Of a DNA stretch of 64,000 nucleotides, positions 9,577 to 19,956 are shown piece by piece; within the stretch, counting starts at the first letter, position 1; each line of letters begins with the position of its first letter. The notes under the pieces are model-generated. The model did no database searches. It saw only the letters and a list, made by a program, of their open reading frames with translations, and had not been told where the DNA came from. The translations under genes were made by a program, and so were the position numbers. This DNA comes from Oscillospiraceae bacterium (GTDB lineage Bacteria > Bacillota > Clostridia > Oscillospirales > CAG-382), in NCBI GenBank assembly GCA_015064945.1, contig SVRF01000002.1:10224-74223 (forward strand). Direction: 5' to 3'.

Positions 9577-10407
9577 TTATTCAAAAACAACGCTGTGTGC
9601 GGCAATACCGCCTGTTAATTCTGCCCCACGCAAGGCATCCTTTGCATTTTTAAACACGCCGAACACCGTGGGGCCCTTTCCGCTTATGCCGCAAAAAAGC
9701 GCTCCTGCCTTTTTAAGGGCGGCGGTGTTTTGCGCTACGGTTTTGTCAAGCCTTGCGGCTATGGGGTAAAAGCTGTTGCCGCCGTGGGCAAAGGCGTCCT
9801 CCGTCCTGCCCTGTTGCCAAAGGCTTATAAAGACCTCGGCGCCTGTGTAACTGTTACCCTCGCTGTCCAAGGTTTTGTACATTACAGGGGTAGAAAGGCT
9901 TTCTTCACCGAAGCACAGCACCAAGTTCAGCACGTTGTGCTTTGCAGGGACAAGGTCGGAGCCGATACCTGTAGCTATCATACTGCCGCCCGCCACGCAA
10001 AAGGGAACGTCCGCACCTAAAGGGGCGGCGATAGTGCAAAGGGTATCTTTGCTGTAGCCTGTGCCGTACAGCCTGTTCAGCGCACGGAGCACTGCGGCGG
10101 CATCGGCACTGCCGCCGCCAAGGCCTGCACCTTGGGGAATGTGCTTTTCCAAGCGGATAGCCGCACCGCCCCTTATGCCGCTGTAGGCAAAAAATGCACG
10201 TGCCGCCTTGTGGGCAAGGTTGTCCTCACCCTCGGAAAGCTCCTGACCTACACAGCAAAGGCTTATGTCATCCGCTTTTTCCACGGTAACGGTGTCGCCA
10301 AGGCTTATGGTTTGCATAAGACTTATGACGCTGTGATAGCCGTTTTGCAGTTTTTCACCCACCTGCAGGCAAAGGTTAAGCTTGGCATAGGCTGTTTCTG
10401 TAATCAT
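9577..10407 (-). CDS. ispE: 4-diphosphocytidyl-2-C-methyl-D-erythritol kinase
   Basis: AYAKLNLCLQV N-terminus and the GHMP motif IPQGAGLGGGSADAAAVL. The start overlaps the stop of the upstream DUF362 gene (ATGA). Confidence 0.9.
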   Translation of the reverse strand: MITETAYAKLNLCLQVGEKLQNGYHSVISLMQTISLGDTVTVEKADDISLCCVGQELSEGEDNLAHKAARAFFAYSGIRGGAAIRLEKHIPQGAGLGGGSADAAAVLRALNRLYGTGYSKDTLCTIAAPLGADVPFCVAGGSMIATGIGSDLVPAKHNVLNLVLCFGEESLSTPVMYKTLDSEGNSYTGAEVFISLWQQGRTEDAFAHGGNSFYPIAARLDKTVAQNTAALKKAGALFCGISGKGPTVFGVFKNAKDALRGAELTGGIAAHSVVFE

Positions 10408-11537
10408 AATTTAAGTATCCTGTTTGTTTTAATGTAGACCGCCTTAAGGGGGCACAGCTCCTGACAGCAAAAGCAGGCTATGCACTCAGAGCGATGTATA
10501 TGAGGCTTGCCCTTCTTCATCTCTATGGTATGAACGGGGCAATACTCGGCACATTTGCCGCAACCCACGCAAAGCTTTCGGTCGATTTTGGGGCGTGAGC
10601 TGAAAAGCTTTATAAGCCTGCCGCCGCAAACTCTTTGCAAAGCGGCAACCTTGCCACGGGGCTTGCTGTCGGGTAACAGTATATCCCCTATTTTAAGGGC
10701 TTCGTATTCCTCTGCACCAAGGTTGGTCATAGTATAGTCAGCCGCTGTGGGGCAAAGCCCACGGTCTGCCGCATCCGCAAGCTGGGGCACGTCGCTAAGC
10801 CCCAACAGGTCGGCACAGACAAGGTCACAGGCAAAGGCGCTTTTGCTTACGGCAACAAAGCCGAAAGCGCGGGTCTTGCCTGCAGTGGGACCGTTGCCCT
10901 CCATACCCAATATGCCGTCGGCAATGTTAAGCTCCACAGGAAGAGCAAGGTGCAGGTCGTTAAGCATCCGCACAAAATCGTCCGCCTTTGGGAAACGTGC
11001 GTGCAGCTCGAACTTCCTTAGTCCCGGCACCGTACCGAAGGTGTTTTTAGCCGCACCCGAATACAATGTCATGGCGTGGGTCTTTATTTTGCACAGATTT
11101 ATGATAAGCTCTGCCTCTGTTACGGGCTTTATCAGCTCGACGCTTTTTATTGCAGAACCCGACGGAATATCCGCAACAAGGCTTTCTGCAGATGTGCAAA
11201 GGGTTACGGGCAGGTCTGCAAGCGCCTCCGTTACCCCGCAGGCATCAAATTGGGACTTTACAGAGCTGTTGGTATAAGTACCGCCGTGGCTTTCCGCCAC
11301 GCTTACGTCCGCACCTGCCCCAAGCAGCTCCAAACACAGCGCTCTAAGCATTGCGGGGTGGGTGGTTGCCCCTGTATCTATGCCCTTTTTGGTTACAAGG
11401 TTGGGCTTTATAAGGACTTTGCGCCTGCCCTGCAAAAACTTTTCCGCTCCACCGTAGGGCGCAAAAACGGATTTTGCAAGGGCGGTCATAGTATGCTCAC
11501 CGTAATCGGCAGCTTTGTATAGATAAACTTTTTCCAT
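10404..11537 (-). CDS. DUF362-family protein with a C-terminal 2x[4Fe-4S] ferredoxin domain
   Basis: The body is DUF362-like. The C-terminus carries CVGCGKCAEYCP and CIACFCCQELCP ferredoxin motifs. Confidence 0.7.
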   Translation of the reverse strand: MEKVYLYKAADYGEHTMTALAKSVFAPYGGAEKFLQGRRKVLIKPNLVTKKGIDTGATTHPAMLRALCLELLGAGADVSVAESHGGTYTNSSVKSQFDACGVTEALADLPVTLCTSAESLVADIPSGSAIKSVELIKPVTEAELIINLCKIKTHAMTLYSGAAKNTFGTVPGLRKFELHARFPKADDFVRMLNDLHLALPVELNIADGILGMEGNGPTAGKTRAFGFVAVSKSAFACDLVCADLLGLSDVPQLADAADRGLCPTAADYTMTNLGAEEYEALKIGDILLPDSKPRGKVAALQRVCGGRLIKLFSSRPKIDRKLCVGCGKCAEYCPVHTIEMKKGKPHIHRSECIACFCCQELCPLKAVYIKTNRILKL

Positions 11538-11540
11538 AAA

Positions 11541-14500
11541 CTAAAACAACGTAATCTGGTCGGATTCGGGCAGAGAGTCTACCGCACCGTTCTTTTTAAG
11601 CACCTCTACCACGGTTTTGGTAAGGCTTGCTTTGCGCTTTAGCTCCTCAAGAGTAGACGCGCCTTCCTCGTGGATGGCGTGGTAAATGTTTTCCGCCGCC
11701 GTCTCGCCCAGTCCGTTAAGAGAGGAAAGGGGCAAACGTATCTTGCCCTCCTCAGGCACAAAGGCAAAGGCTTTGCTTTTGAACACGTCCACGGGCAAAA
11801 ATTCTATCCCACGTGCTTGCATCTCTATAACCAAGTACAGTATGGAAAGAGTTTCCTCCTCCTTTGCGGTGGGGGAAAGCAGCCCTTCCAGCTCTGTCCT
11901 TGCCTTGTAAGAGCGTTCCTTATTAAGCATAAGCTCTGCGTCAAAGCCCGTTTGCTTTACGGTAAAGTACGCCGCATAAAACTCTAAGGGGCGGTGCACC
12001 TTAAACCAGCCAAGTCGCAGGGCGGCTATCATATACGCCGCCGCGTGGGCTTTGGGGAACATATATTTTATCTTCTTACAGGACTCTATGTACCATTCGG
12101 GCACGGAGGCGGCAAGCATCTCCTCCTCGTATTCGGGCTTAACGCCCTTGCCCTTACGTACATCCTCCATTATCTTAAAGGCGCTTTGGTAGTTAACACC
12201 CTTTTTGATAAGGTACAGCATTATACTGTCACGAGTACCTATTATCTCGGAAATAGTACAAGTACCGTTGTTTATAAGGTCCTCGCCGTTGCCAAGCCAA
12301 ATACCCGTCCCGTGGGAAAGTCCCGATATCTGAAGCAGGTCGGAGAAGCACTTAGGGCGTGCAACCTTAAGCATCTTGCGCACGTAGGGGGTGCCGCACT
12401 CAGGCATACCGTAGGTGCCTGTTTCACTGCCGATGGTCTCGGGGTCGACCCCTATGGACTTGGTAGAGAGGAACAGGTCCATAACCTTGCGGTCGTTCAT
12501 AGGCACGGTGCGCACGTCGATACCTGTGTAGTCCGTAAGCTTTTTATAGATGGTAGGCACGTCGTGACCAAGCATATCCAGCTTAAGGAGGGTGTCGTGC
12601 AGGTATTCAAATGCAAAGTGGGTGGTAACAACGCCGCTGGACTCCTTCTCCGCAGGGTATTGCACCGCCGTAAAGTCGTATATCTCATACTCCTTAGGGA
12701 TAACGACAATACCGCCGGGGTGCTGACCCGTGGTGCGCTTAACGCCTGTACAGCCTGCGGCAAGACGGGATATTTCCGCCTTGGAAAGGTTTTTCTCGTG
12801 CTCTTCCGCATACTTTTTGGCGTAGCCAAAGGCAGTCTTCTCGGCTATGCCCGAAACGGTACCTGCACGGAATATGTTTTCCGCACCGAAAAGCACCTCG
12901 GTGTATTTATGAGATTTACCCTGTATCTCGCCGGAGAAGTTAAGGTCTATATCGGGGGCTTTGTCGCCCTTGAAGCCCAGGAAGGTCTCGAAGGGGATGT
13001 CGTGGCCGTCGTTATGCATTCTTGTGCCGCACTGAGGACAGTCCTTGTCAGGCAAGTCAAAGCCACTGCCCACACTGCCGTCAAGGAAGAAAATGCTGTG
13101 CTTACACTTTGGGCAACGGTAATGGGGCGGGAAGGGGTCAACCTCGGATATACCCGAAAGAGAGGCAACCACGGAAGAACCAACAGACCCACGGGAGCCA
13201 ACCAGATAACCGTTCTCCTCGCTGTTTTTAACAAGCTTAACCGCTATCATATAAAGGGAGGCAAAGCCGTGCTCTACAATAGAGTTAAGCTCTTTTTCCA
13301 AGCGGTCGCTTACAACCTGTGGCAAGGGAGAGCCAAAGCGGTTTTCCGCCTCCTCATAGCACAACCGCTCAAGCTCCTGTGCCGCGCCGGGCAGCTCGGG
13401 GGTGTACTGACCGTCGGGAATAGGCAGTACGGTCTCTATCATATCCGCAATTTTACGGGTGTTTGTTACAACTACGTCAAAGGCGGTTTCTTTACCGAGG
13501 TATGCAAACTCCTCAAGCATCTCGTCGGTGGTGCGCAGGTAAAGTCCCACGTCGCTGTCCGCATCCTTCATCTTCTTTACCCAAAGCATAACCTTGCGGT
13601 AAATCTCGTCCTCGGGGTTGATGAAATGCACGTCGCCCGTGGCGCAAACAAGCTTGTTTTGCTTTGCGCCGATAGCAACGATCTTGCGGTTTATCTCGCA
13701 TAGTGCCGCCTCGTCACGCACCTCGCCTGACCTGATAAGGAAGGCGTTGTTGCAGTTAGGCATTATCTCAAAATAGTCGTAGAAGTCAGCAATTTTAAGC
13801 TGGTCGCCGTACTTTTTACCCTCCAGCACCGCACGGTAAAGTTCGCCGCGCTCGCAGGCGGAGCCGATAATAAGCCCCTCTCTGTGCTGACTGAGCACAG
13901 TTTTGGGGATGCGAGGCACACGGAAAAAGCTGTCCAGATAAGAACTGCTTATAATTTTATACAGGTTTTTAAGCCCCGTTTTGTTTTTAACCAAAATGGA
14001 GATGTGGTAAACGTCCTTTATCTTCTTGGGGTCGGAAGAGCCGCTCATAGCCTCCAGCATCTCACCCACGGTGTAAACGCCCTGCTTTTTAAGCTTTTCC
14101 ACCATACAGGCGAAGATTGCCGCAAGCATCTTGGTGTCGTCGGTGGCACGGTGGTGGTCGAACTCACCAAGATTGTAATACTCTGCCAGCAAGTTAAGCT
14201 TATGGCGGTTTAGTTCTGCATTAACGTAACGGGAAAGTGACACCGTATCCAGATAAGGGTTTTCAAAATTCAGCCCGTCACGGCTTGCAACCTTGCGTAT
14301 AAAGGATATATCGAATGGAGCATTGTGGGCGATAAGCATTCTGTCACCGCAGAAGTCAAGGAAAGCACTTACCGCTTCCTTTTCTGGGGGGGCATCCTTA
14401 ACGGTCTCGTCGCTTATGCCCGTAAGCCGTGTTATCTCCTCGGGAATGGGCATAGCGGGGTTAACAAAGGTCTCAAATTCTTCCGTTACCTGACCGCCCT

Positions 14501-15941
14501 TGTATATTACCGCACCTATCTGGGTAATGCCGCAGGACACGGGGGAAAGCCCCGTGGTCTCTATATCGAAAATTACAAATTCGTCCTCTGCAAGGGACTT
14601 GTTATACGCCTCGGTATAACCGAAGACCGCCCTTGCCGTATCGTCGACCAAGTAGCCCTCCATACCGTAGATGGGCTTAACAGGCGAGGGACCGCCGCGT
14701 TTTTTGGTGGTTGCCGCCATCAGCTCCGGATACGCCTGTGCGTTACCGTGGTCGGTAACGGCTATGGCAGGCATATTCCATTTTTCTGCCAAGGCTATCA
14801 GCGCACCTGTATCACAAAGCGCATCAGATGCGGACATATTGGTGTGCAGATGAAGCTCTACACGGGGCGTGGGATGAGTATCCACACGGTTTATGCGCTT
14901 TATGCGGCATACCGAGCTTGCCTTAAGTATATATTCCTCATCATAGGGGTCAAAGGTGTATTTCCCCTCTACAAGGACGCAGTGTTTGCTTTTTATACCG
15001 CCCAGTGCGCCCTCTATCCCCTCGGATACACGGACTATTACCGAGGAGGACAGGTCGGTTATGTATATTTTGTAATTAACACGGGTACCGTCACGGTTTT
15101 CCTTCTTTTCTACAAGGAAGACCTCACCGCATACCGTCCCCTTGCGCTCCTTTTCCAAGGCTCCTATGGGTATGGGGGCTGCGGCAGTAGGTCTGCCGTA
15201 GACCACCTCTTTGTCACGCAGGTCAAAGCGTATCTTGCCACAGGTGTAAATGCCCTCGTCTCCTTCGGCGTGGGCTTCTTTATCAATGTCGTTGCCGTCA
15301 ACAGAACTGTCCTTGGGGCTTTCCTTGGCTTCCTCTCGCTTTCTTATAAGCTCTGCCTCTGCGGCGGATTTAGCCTGCTGTTTTGCCTGATACTCACGCA
15401 TACGCTCGGCGGCTTCTTTTTCCAAAGCGTCCGCTTCCGCAGACTGAAAAACATATTCCGCATTGCCCGAAAAGCTGACCTTAACGGTACTGCCATCAAA
15501 CTGGGCGGCTATGCACTCCTCAAAAAAACGGTCTGCGCCCACACGGTACAGATAGGAGGGATCAAGCCCACGGCGTAGCTTTACGGTAAGCCTTTCGCCG
15601 CTGAAGGCAAAGTCACAGCCGTCAAAAAAGCCCTTTGCCACCCCTTCACCGTCAAATCGGGAAAAAACAGCAATAAGCCCCCGTGCGTGCTTCTCCTCGA
15701 AAGCTACGCCTGAAAAACGGGGGCGAAAAAGTACATCGTTAAGACCGTACACGGTTCTTATATTAGCCTCAAGTCCGTAGATAAGGTCCTGAGGGATATA
15801 ACAGGAAAAAGTAAGCGCAGCGGTAACTCTGCGCTGTTCTTTGTCTATTTTTACGCTGAAATCGGTAAGATTTTCCAACGCCTTCCCCTCTTTTTCCGTG
15901 GGGGTATAGCGGGAAAACTTGTGCAAAAAGGCTTGCTTCAT
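11541..15941 (-). CDS. polC: DNA polymerase III PolC-type (Gram-positive replicative polymerase with an intrinsic exonuclease)
   Basis: 1466 aa. It has a PHP domain, the DEDD exonuclease insert FVIFDIETTGLS...HNAPFD...HRATDD, and a polymerase core. Confidence 0.95.
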   Translation of the reverse strand: MKQAFLHKFSRYTPTEKEGKALENLTDFSVKIDKEQRRVTAALTFSCYIPQDLIYGLEANIRTVYGLNDVLFRPRFSGVAFEEKHARGLIAVFSRFDGEGVAKGFFDGCDFAFSGERLTVKLRRGLDPSYLYRVGADRFFEECIAAQFDGSTVKVSFSGNAEYVFQSAEADALEKEAAERMREYQAKQQAKSAAEAELIRKREEAKESPKDSSVDGNDIDKEAHAEGDEGIYTCGKIRFDLRDKEVVYGRPTAAAPIPIGALEKERKGTVCGEVFLVEKKENRDGTRVNYKIYITDLSSSVIVRVSEGIEGALGGIKSKHCVLVEGKYTFDPYDEEYILKASSVCRIKRINRVDTHPTPRVELHLHTNMSASDALCDTGALIALAEKWNMPAIAVTDHGNAQAYPELMAATTKKRGGPSPVKPIYGMEGYLVDDTARAVFGYTEAYNKSLAEDEFVIFDIETTGLSPVSCGITQIGAVIYKGGQVTEEFETFVNPAMPIPEEITRLTGISDETVKDAPPEKEAVSAFLDFCGDRMLIAHNAPFDISFIRKVASRDGLNFENPYLDTVSLSRYVNAELNRHKLNLLAEYYNLGEFDHHRATDDTKMLAAIFACMVEKLKKQGVYTVGEMLEAMSGSSDPKKIKDVYHISILVKNKTGLKNLYKIISSSYLDSFFRVPRIPKTVLSQHREGLIIGSACERGELYRAVLEGKKYGDQLKIADFYDYFEIMPNCNNAFLIRSGEVRDEAALCEINRKIVAIGAKQNKLVCATGDVHFINPEDEIYRKVMLWVKKMKDADSDVGLYLRTTDEMLEEFAYLGKETAFDVVVTNTRKIADMIETVLPIPDGQYTPELPGAAQELERLCYEEAENRFGSPLPQVVSDRLEKELNSIVEHGFASLYMIAVKLVKNSEENGYLVGSRGSVGSSVVASLSGISEVDPFPPHYRCPKCKHSIFFLDGSVGSGFDLPDKDCPQCGTRMHNDGHDIPFETFLGFKGDKAPDIDLNFSGEIQGKSHKYTEVLFGAENIFRAGTVSGIAEKTAFGYAKKYAEEHEKNLSKAEISRLAAGCTGVKRTTGQHPGGIVVIPKEYEIYDFTAVQYPAEKESSGVVTTHFAFEYLHDTLLKLDMLGHDVPTIYKKLTDYTGIDVRTVPMNDRKVMDLFLSTKSIGVDPETIGSETGTYGMPECGTPYVRKMLKVARPKCFSDLLQISGLSHGTGIWLGNGEDLINNGTCTISEIIGTRDSIMLYLIKKGVNYQSAFKIMEDVRKGKGVKPEYEEEMLAASVPEWYIESCKKIKYMFPKAHAAAYMIAALRLGWFKVHRPLEFYAAYFTVKQTGFDAELMLNKERSYKARTELEGLLSPTAKEEETLSILYLVIEMQARGIEFLPVDVFKSKAFAFVPEEGKIRLPLSSLNGLGETAAENIYHAIHEEGASTLEELKRKASLTKTVVEVLKKNGAVDSLPESDQITLF

Positions 15942-17003
15942 TTATGTATCTTCCTTTAATAAAACATCCAGCTCTGCAAGTAGCTCTTCTACAATATTTG
16001 CCGTGGGTATTCGGCGGATAACCTGACCCTTGCGGAATATAACCGCCTCGTCACCTGCGCCTGCCGCACCGATATCCGCTTCTCTTGCCTCGCCGGGGCC
16101 GTTGACTACACAGCCCATCAGCGCTACGTTTATATCCCTGTCACAGTGGATGGCGTCAAGACTTGCTTTAAGCTCTTTGGCTTTGGATATAAGGTCAAAG
16201 CTTGTTCTGCCGCAGGTGGGGCAGGATATAAGGTTTATGCCGTGACGAAGACCCAGACTTTTAAGTATAAGCTTTGCCGCCGCAACCTCCTCCTCCACAC
16301 GGTCGGAGAGAGAGACACGCACCGTGTCCCCTATGCCGTCCGCAAGCAGACTGCCTATACCCACTGCGCTTTTTACAAGGGCGCTGTCGCCGGTGCCTGT
16401 TTCCGTCACGCCAAGGTGCAAGGGGTACTCCGTTTGCTCTGCCAGCAGACGGTTTGCGACGATCATATTCCTTACGTTACTGCTTTTAACGGAAAGCACT
16501 ATGTCACCGAAGTCAAAGTTTTCAAGAAGCTTTGCGTTGTCTATGGCGCTTTCCGCAATAGCTTCGGGCGTGGGACCGCCGTATTTTTCCAGCAGTCTTT
16601 TTTCAAGACTGCCGCCGTTTATACCTATGCGGATAGGGATATTCCTTGTTCTGCAGGCGTCTGCCACCTTTTTTATGTTCTCGGCAGAGCCTATATTGCC
16701 CGGATTTATGCGGATTTTGGATACCCCCACCTCTGCCGCAAGAAGTGCAAGACGGTAGTCAAAATGTATATCCGCCACCAATGGCAGGGAGGTACGGGGC
16801 AGAAGATACTCCAGCGTTTCTGCCGCCGCCTTACTGTTGACCGCCATACGCACCACCTGACAGCCGCACTCCTCCAAGGACTTAAGCTGTGCAAGGCACG
16901 CCTCCTTATCCTCGGAGGGGGCGTTAAGCATTGACTGTATACTTATGGGGTTGCCGCCGCCGATGGCAAGCCCACGGGCTACTACGGTTTTAGATCTTCT
17001 CAT
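15942..17003 (-). CDS. ispG: 4-hydroxy-3-methylbut-2-en-1-yl diphosphate synthase
   Basis: GGGNPISIQSM and CPTCGR...GCVVNGPGE, matching the IspG/GcpE Fe-S ligand region. The stop abuts the polC start with no gap. Confidence 0.9.
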   Translation of the reverse strand: MRRSKTVVARGLAIGGGNPISIQSMLNAPSEDKEACLAQLKSLEECGCQVVRMAVNSKAAAETLEYLLPRTSLPLVADIHFDYRLALLAAEVGVSKIRINPGNIGSAENIKKVADACRTRNIPIRIGINGGSLEKRLLEKYGGPTPEAIAESAIDNAKLLENFDFGDIVLSVKSSNVRNMIVANRLLAEQTEYPLHLGVTETGTGDSALVKSAVGIGSLLADGIGDTVRVSLSDRVEEEVAAAKLILKSLGLRHGINLISCPTCGRTSFDLISKAKELKASLDAIHCDRDINVALMGCVVNGPGEAREADIGAAGAGDEAVIFRKGQVIRRIPTANIVEELLAELDVLLKEDT

Positions 17004-17048
17004 CGTTACATCCCTATATTAAAAGCTTTTTTCTGCAATAAAACGGAC

Positions 17049-18809
17049 TTAAAAAGCTACCTTCCAAATATCTTTAAACAAAACGAATACCATAAGCCCC
17101 ATTACCAAAACCCAGCTTATAGCCATAAGCACCTGCTCTACCTTAGCCGGCAGAGGCTTGCGGCGGATACCCTCGATAACGTAAAGCACAAATCTGCCGC
17201 CGTCCAGTACGGGCAAAGGCAAAAGGTTGCACACGCCAAGGCTTAGGGAGATAAGCACCAAAAGGGTAAACAGGTATTCAATACCGCCGCCTGTGTCGGA
17301 GTCCATAACCTCAATAGCGTCACCGACCTGCTCGCCGATGCCCACAGGACCGGAAAGCGCGTCAATGCCGTACTTGCCCTTAAAAGTTTGTATAACGCTG
17401 TCCACCGTCATTGTAAGGGTGGAAACGGGCTGGAACACAGCGTTGTACGCCACGGTGCCGAAGGTCTTTTCCTCCTGCTTGGTGTAAAAATCCACGTAAC
17501 CGCAGGTTATGCCCTGTTGGTTAACGTTGTGGAACACCACGTTCTTAAGGGTCAGCTCCTTGCCGTCTCTTATAACCTTAACATCAGCAGGACCTACACC
17601 CTCGTTGAACACACCGTAGGAAAGGTCAGTATACACACGGCTGCCGTAGGAGCCCACCTTAACGATCTCATCGCCTTCTTTAAGTGCGCCGCTGGCGGCA
17701 AGAGAAAGCTTTGTTAGATCCACGTCATTTAAAACAATGGGGTTTGCTATATAAAAATGCCAGTTGTATTTTACGGTAACCGTGCCGCCCTTGTCCCCAT
17801 ATTGCGCAAAGAACTCCTCAGGGGTCATGGCAGGGTCTATCTCTACCCCGTTAACCTTTAAAAGCTGAGCGTTGTGCTTTATGTCACCAAAGTCTTTCTC
17901 AAAGCTCAGCACTCCGTCCCGGGAGTAAAGAGGAAAGTCTGCAAGGCTTTTGAAGCTGTGCTCTGCATAATCCGGCTCCGTATATATCTTAAACCTGCGC
18001 ACAATGCCCACGGTGTAAGGCTTGGTATAAGCGGTGCAAAGCGCCTCTACCGTGTCATATTCCTTAACGGTTATATCCGTGCCGTCAACGGTATAGATAA
18101 TATCATCCTTTTTAAATTTGCCGCTGTCCTCACTAAGCTTAAACAGCTTTTCTTCCTCGTCATAAACAAGGGGCAGGGCGGAAAGCTTAACATCTCCGTA
18201 CTCCAAGGGGTTGATGATAGTACCGCTGTTGCGACGGATTATAATAAGCTCCTCCGCGTGGGGATGCGCCTTTATAAACTCTGCGGCGTTGCCGTTTGTT
18301 TCTGCAATGTGACCGTCCACGGCATAGATTATATCGTCCTTCTTAAGTCCGCCGCCGTCCTCTGTAACGTAAAGCAGGCTGTGATTGCTTACGGCGTTAA
18401 CGTCAAACTTAGATACGGTAGTACCGTATATCTCTGCCCGAAACAACACGATTATTGCCATTACAATAAGCCCAAGCAGTATATTCATTACAGGACCTGC
18501 CAGCACCACAAGTATCCTTTGCCACACGGGCTTTGTATTAAGGGGCGCTTTGCCTGCATCCTCGGGTGCGCTGCCGTCGTCATCCGATGACTCGCCCACC
18601 ATATCCACATAACCGCCTATGGGAAGCGCACGCAGGGTGAACTTGTTGTACTTGCCCTGCTTTTGGAACACTTTAGGACCCATACCTATGGAGTATTCCC
18701 TTATACCCACGCCGAAGAAGCGGGCAACAAGGTAATGTCCCAGCTCGTGTATGGCGATAAGCACGCCGAATATAAAAAGTGTTAATGCGATGGTTAAAAT
18801 AAGACTCAT
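17049..18809 (-). CDS. rseP: RIP site-2 metalloprotease (M50, RseP/RasP family) with an expanded extracytoplasmic PDZ-like region
   Basis: HELGHY in TM1 and the C-terminal NLLPLPVLDGG motif. 586 aa, with four PDZ-like repeats between the membrane segments. Confidence 0.85.
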   Translation of the reverse strand: MSLILTIALTLFIFGVLIAIHELGHYLVARFFGVGIREYSIGMGPKVFQKQGKYNKFTLRALPIGGYVDMVGESSDDDGSAPEDAGKAPLNTKPVWQRILVVLAGPVMNILLGLIVMAIIVLFRAEIYGTTVSKFDVNAVSNHSLLYVTEDGGGLKKDDIIYAVDGHIAETNGNAAEFIKAHPHAEELIIIRRNSGTIINPLEYGDVKLSALPLVYDEEEKLFKLSEDSGKFKKDDIIYTVDGTDITVKEYDTVEALCTAYTKPYTVGIVRRFKIYTEPDYAEHSFKSLADFPLYSRDGVLSFEKDFGDIKHNAQLLKVNGVEIDPAMTPEEFFAQYGDKGGTVTVKYNWHFYIANPIVLNDVDLTKLSLAASGALKEGDEIVKVGSYGSRVYTDLSYGVFNEGVGPADVKVIRDGKELTLKNVVFHNVNQQGITCGYVDFYTKQEEKTFGTVAYNAVFQPVSTLTMTVDSVIQTFKGKYGIDALSGPVGIGEQVGDAIEVMDSDTGGGIEYLFTLLVLISLSLGVCNLLPLPVLDGGRFVLYVIEGIRRKPLPAKVEQVLMAISWVLVMGLMVFVLFKDIWKVAF

Positions 18810-18830
18810 TCTTTATCTCCAAAAAACGCT

Positions 18831-19952
18831 TTAGCTTATAAGCTCGTATACACGCTGACGTGCCGCTTTGTCTGCGGCTTCGATCTGCTCTATGGTAGGC
18901 TCTGCAACGGAAGTATGCTCCGTCGTGACCTTGCTTACAATGTCCGAAATGCCCGTAAAGGAAAGCTTACCGCCGAGGAACAGCTCCACCGCCACCTCGT
19001 TGGCGCCGTTCATTGCGGCAGGGGTGGTACCGCCCTGCTTTGCCGCATAACGGGCAAGAGGCAGAAGGGGGAACGCCTCTCCATCAGGCGGATAAAAGCT
19101 AAGACCGCCGAGGGTGGCAAAGTCCAGCTCTGCCGTAAGGGAGGGCTGTCTTTCGGGATACGTCAGGGCGTACTGTATGCAAAGGCGCATATCGGGCACT
19201 CCCATCTGTGCGATTACTGCGTTGTCCGCAAACACCGCCATGGAATGTATAATACTTTCCCTATGGATTATTACCTCAATTTTGTCCTCTGATACACCGA
19301 AGAGGTGCATCGCCTCAATTAGCTCCAGCCCCTTGTTCATCATAGTGGCACTGTCGATGGTCACCTTGCTGCCCATGGACCAATTGGGGTGCTTAAGAGC
19401 ATCGGCAGGAGTAACAGACCTTAAAAACTCTTTGCCCTTGCCGAAGAAGGGGCCTCCCGATGCGGTAAGAATAAGCTTTTTGGGTGCGGGCTGACCCTGC
19501 AGGCATTGAAAGATTGCGGAATGCTCGCTATCCACGGGCAAAATGCCGTTTTTTGCCAAGGGCATAACCACACTGCCGCCTGCCACAAGTGTTTCCTTGT
19601 TGGCAAGAGCAAGGGTCTTGTCTGCCTTAAGGCTTTCCACCGTGGGACGAAGGCCTCTTATACCCGTAAGGGCGTTGAGCACCGTGTCGCACTCGGTCTG
19701 CGCACCGAAGGAGTTAAGCACGTCGTCACCCGTTACAACCTGCACCGCCGTATCGCTGAGGGCGGTCTTAAGGGCGCCGTAGTGCTTCTCGCCGATATAC
19801 GCATACTTGGGACTGAAACGGCGGCACTGCTCCTCAAGGAGTTTTACGTTGTTGCCCGCCGCCAAAGCGCCTACCTGTATACCTAAATTTTCTGCAGACT
19901 CTAAGGCCTGCGTGCCGATAGAGCCTGTTGAACCCAAAATACAAAGTTTCAT
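18831..19952 (-). CDS. dxr: 1-deoxy-D-xylulose 5-phosphate reductoisomerase
   Basis: MKLCILGSTGSIGTQ NADPH-binding N-terminus and a Dxr core. I use the ATG at 19952; the longer ORF-track start (20012) would overlap cdsA. Confidence 0.9.
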   Translation of the reverse strand: MKLCILGSTGSIGTQALESAENLGIQVGALAAGNNVKLLEEQCRRFSPKYAYIGEKHYGALKTALSDTAVQVVTGDDVLNSFGAQTECDTVLNALTGIRGLRPTVESLKADKTLALANKETLVAGGSVVMPLAKNGILPVDSEHSAIFQCLQGQPAPKKLILTASGGPFFGKGKEFLRSVTPADALKHPNWSMGSKVTIDSATMMNKGLELIEAMHLFGVSEDKIEVIIHRESIIHSMAVFADNAVIAQMGVPDMRLCIQYALTYPERQPSLTAELDFATLGGLSFYPPDGEAFPLLPLARYAAKQGGTTPAAMNGANEVAVELFLGGKLSFTGISDIVSKVTTEHTSVAEPTIEQIEAADKAARQRVYELIS

Positions 19953-19956
19953 AATA

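Noticed and set aside
11994-15578. Long plus-strand ORFs (569 aa and 417 aa) antisense to polC
   Set aside because: They lie entirely inside a strongly supported polC gene. Their translations are low in complexity with no motifs or RBS. They look like typical shadow ORFs of GC-biased coding sequence.
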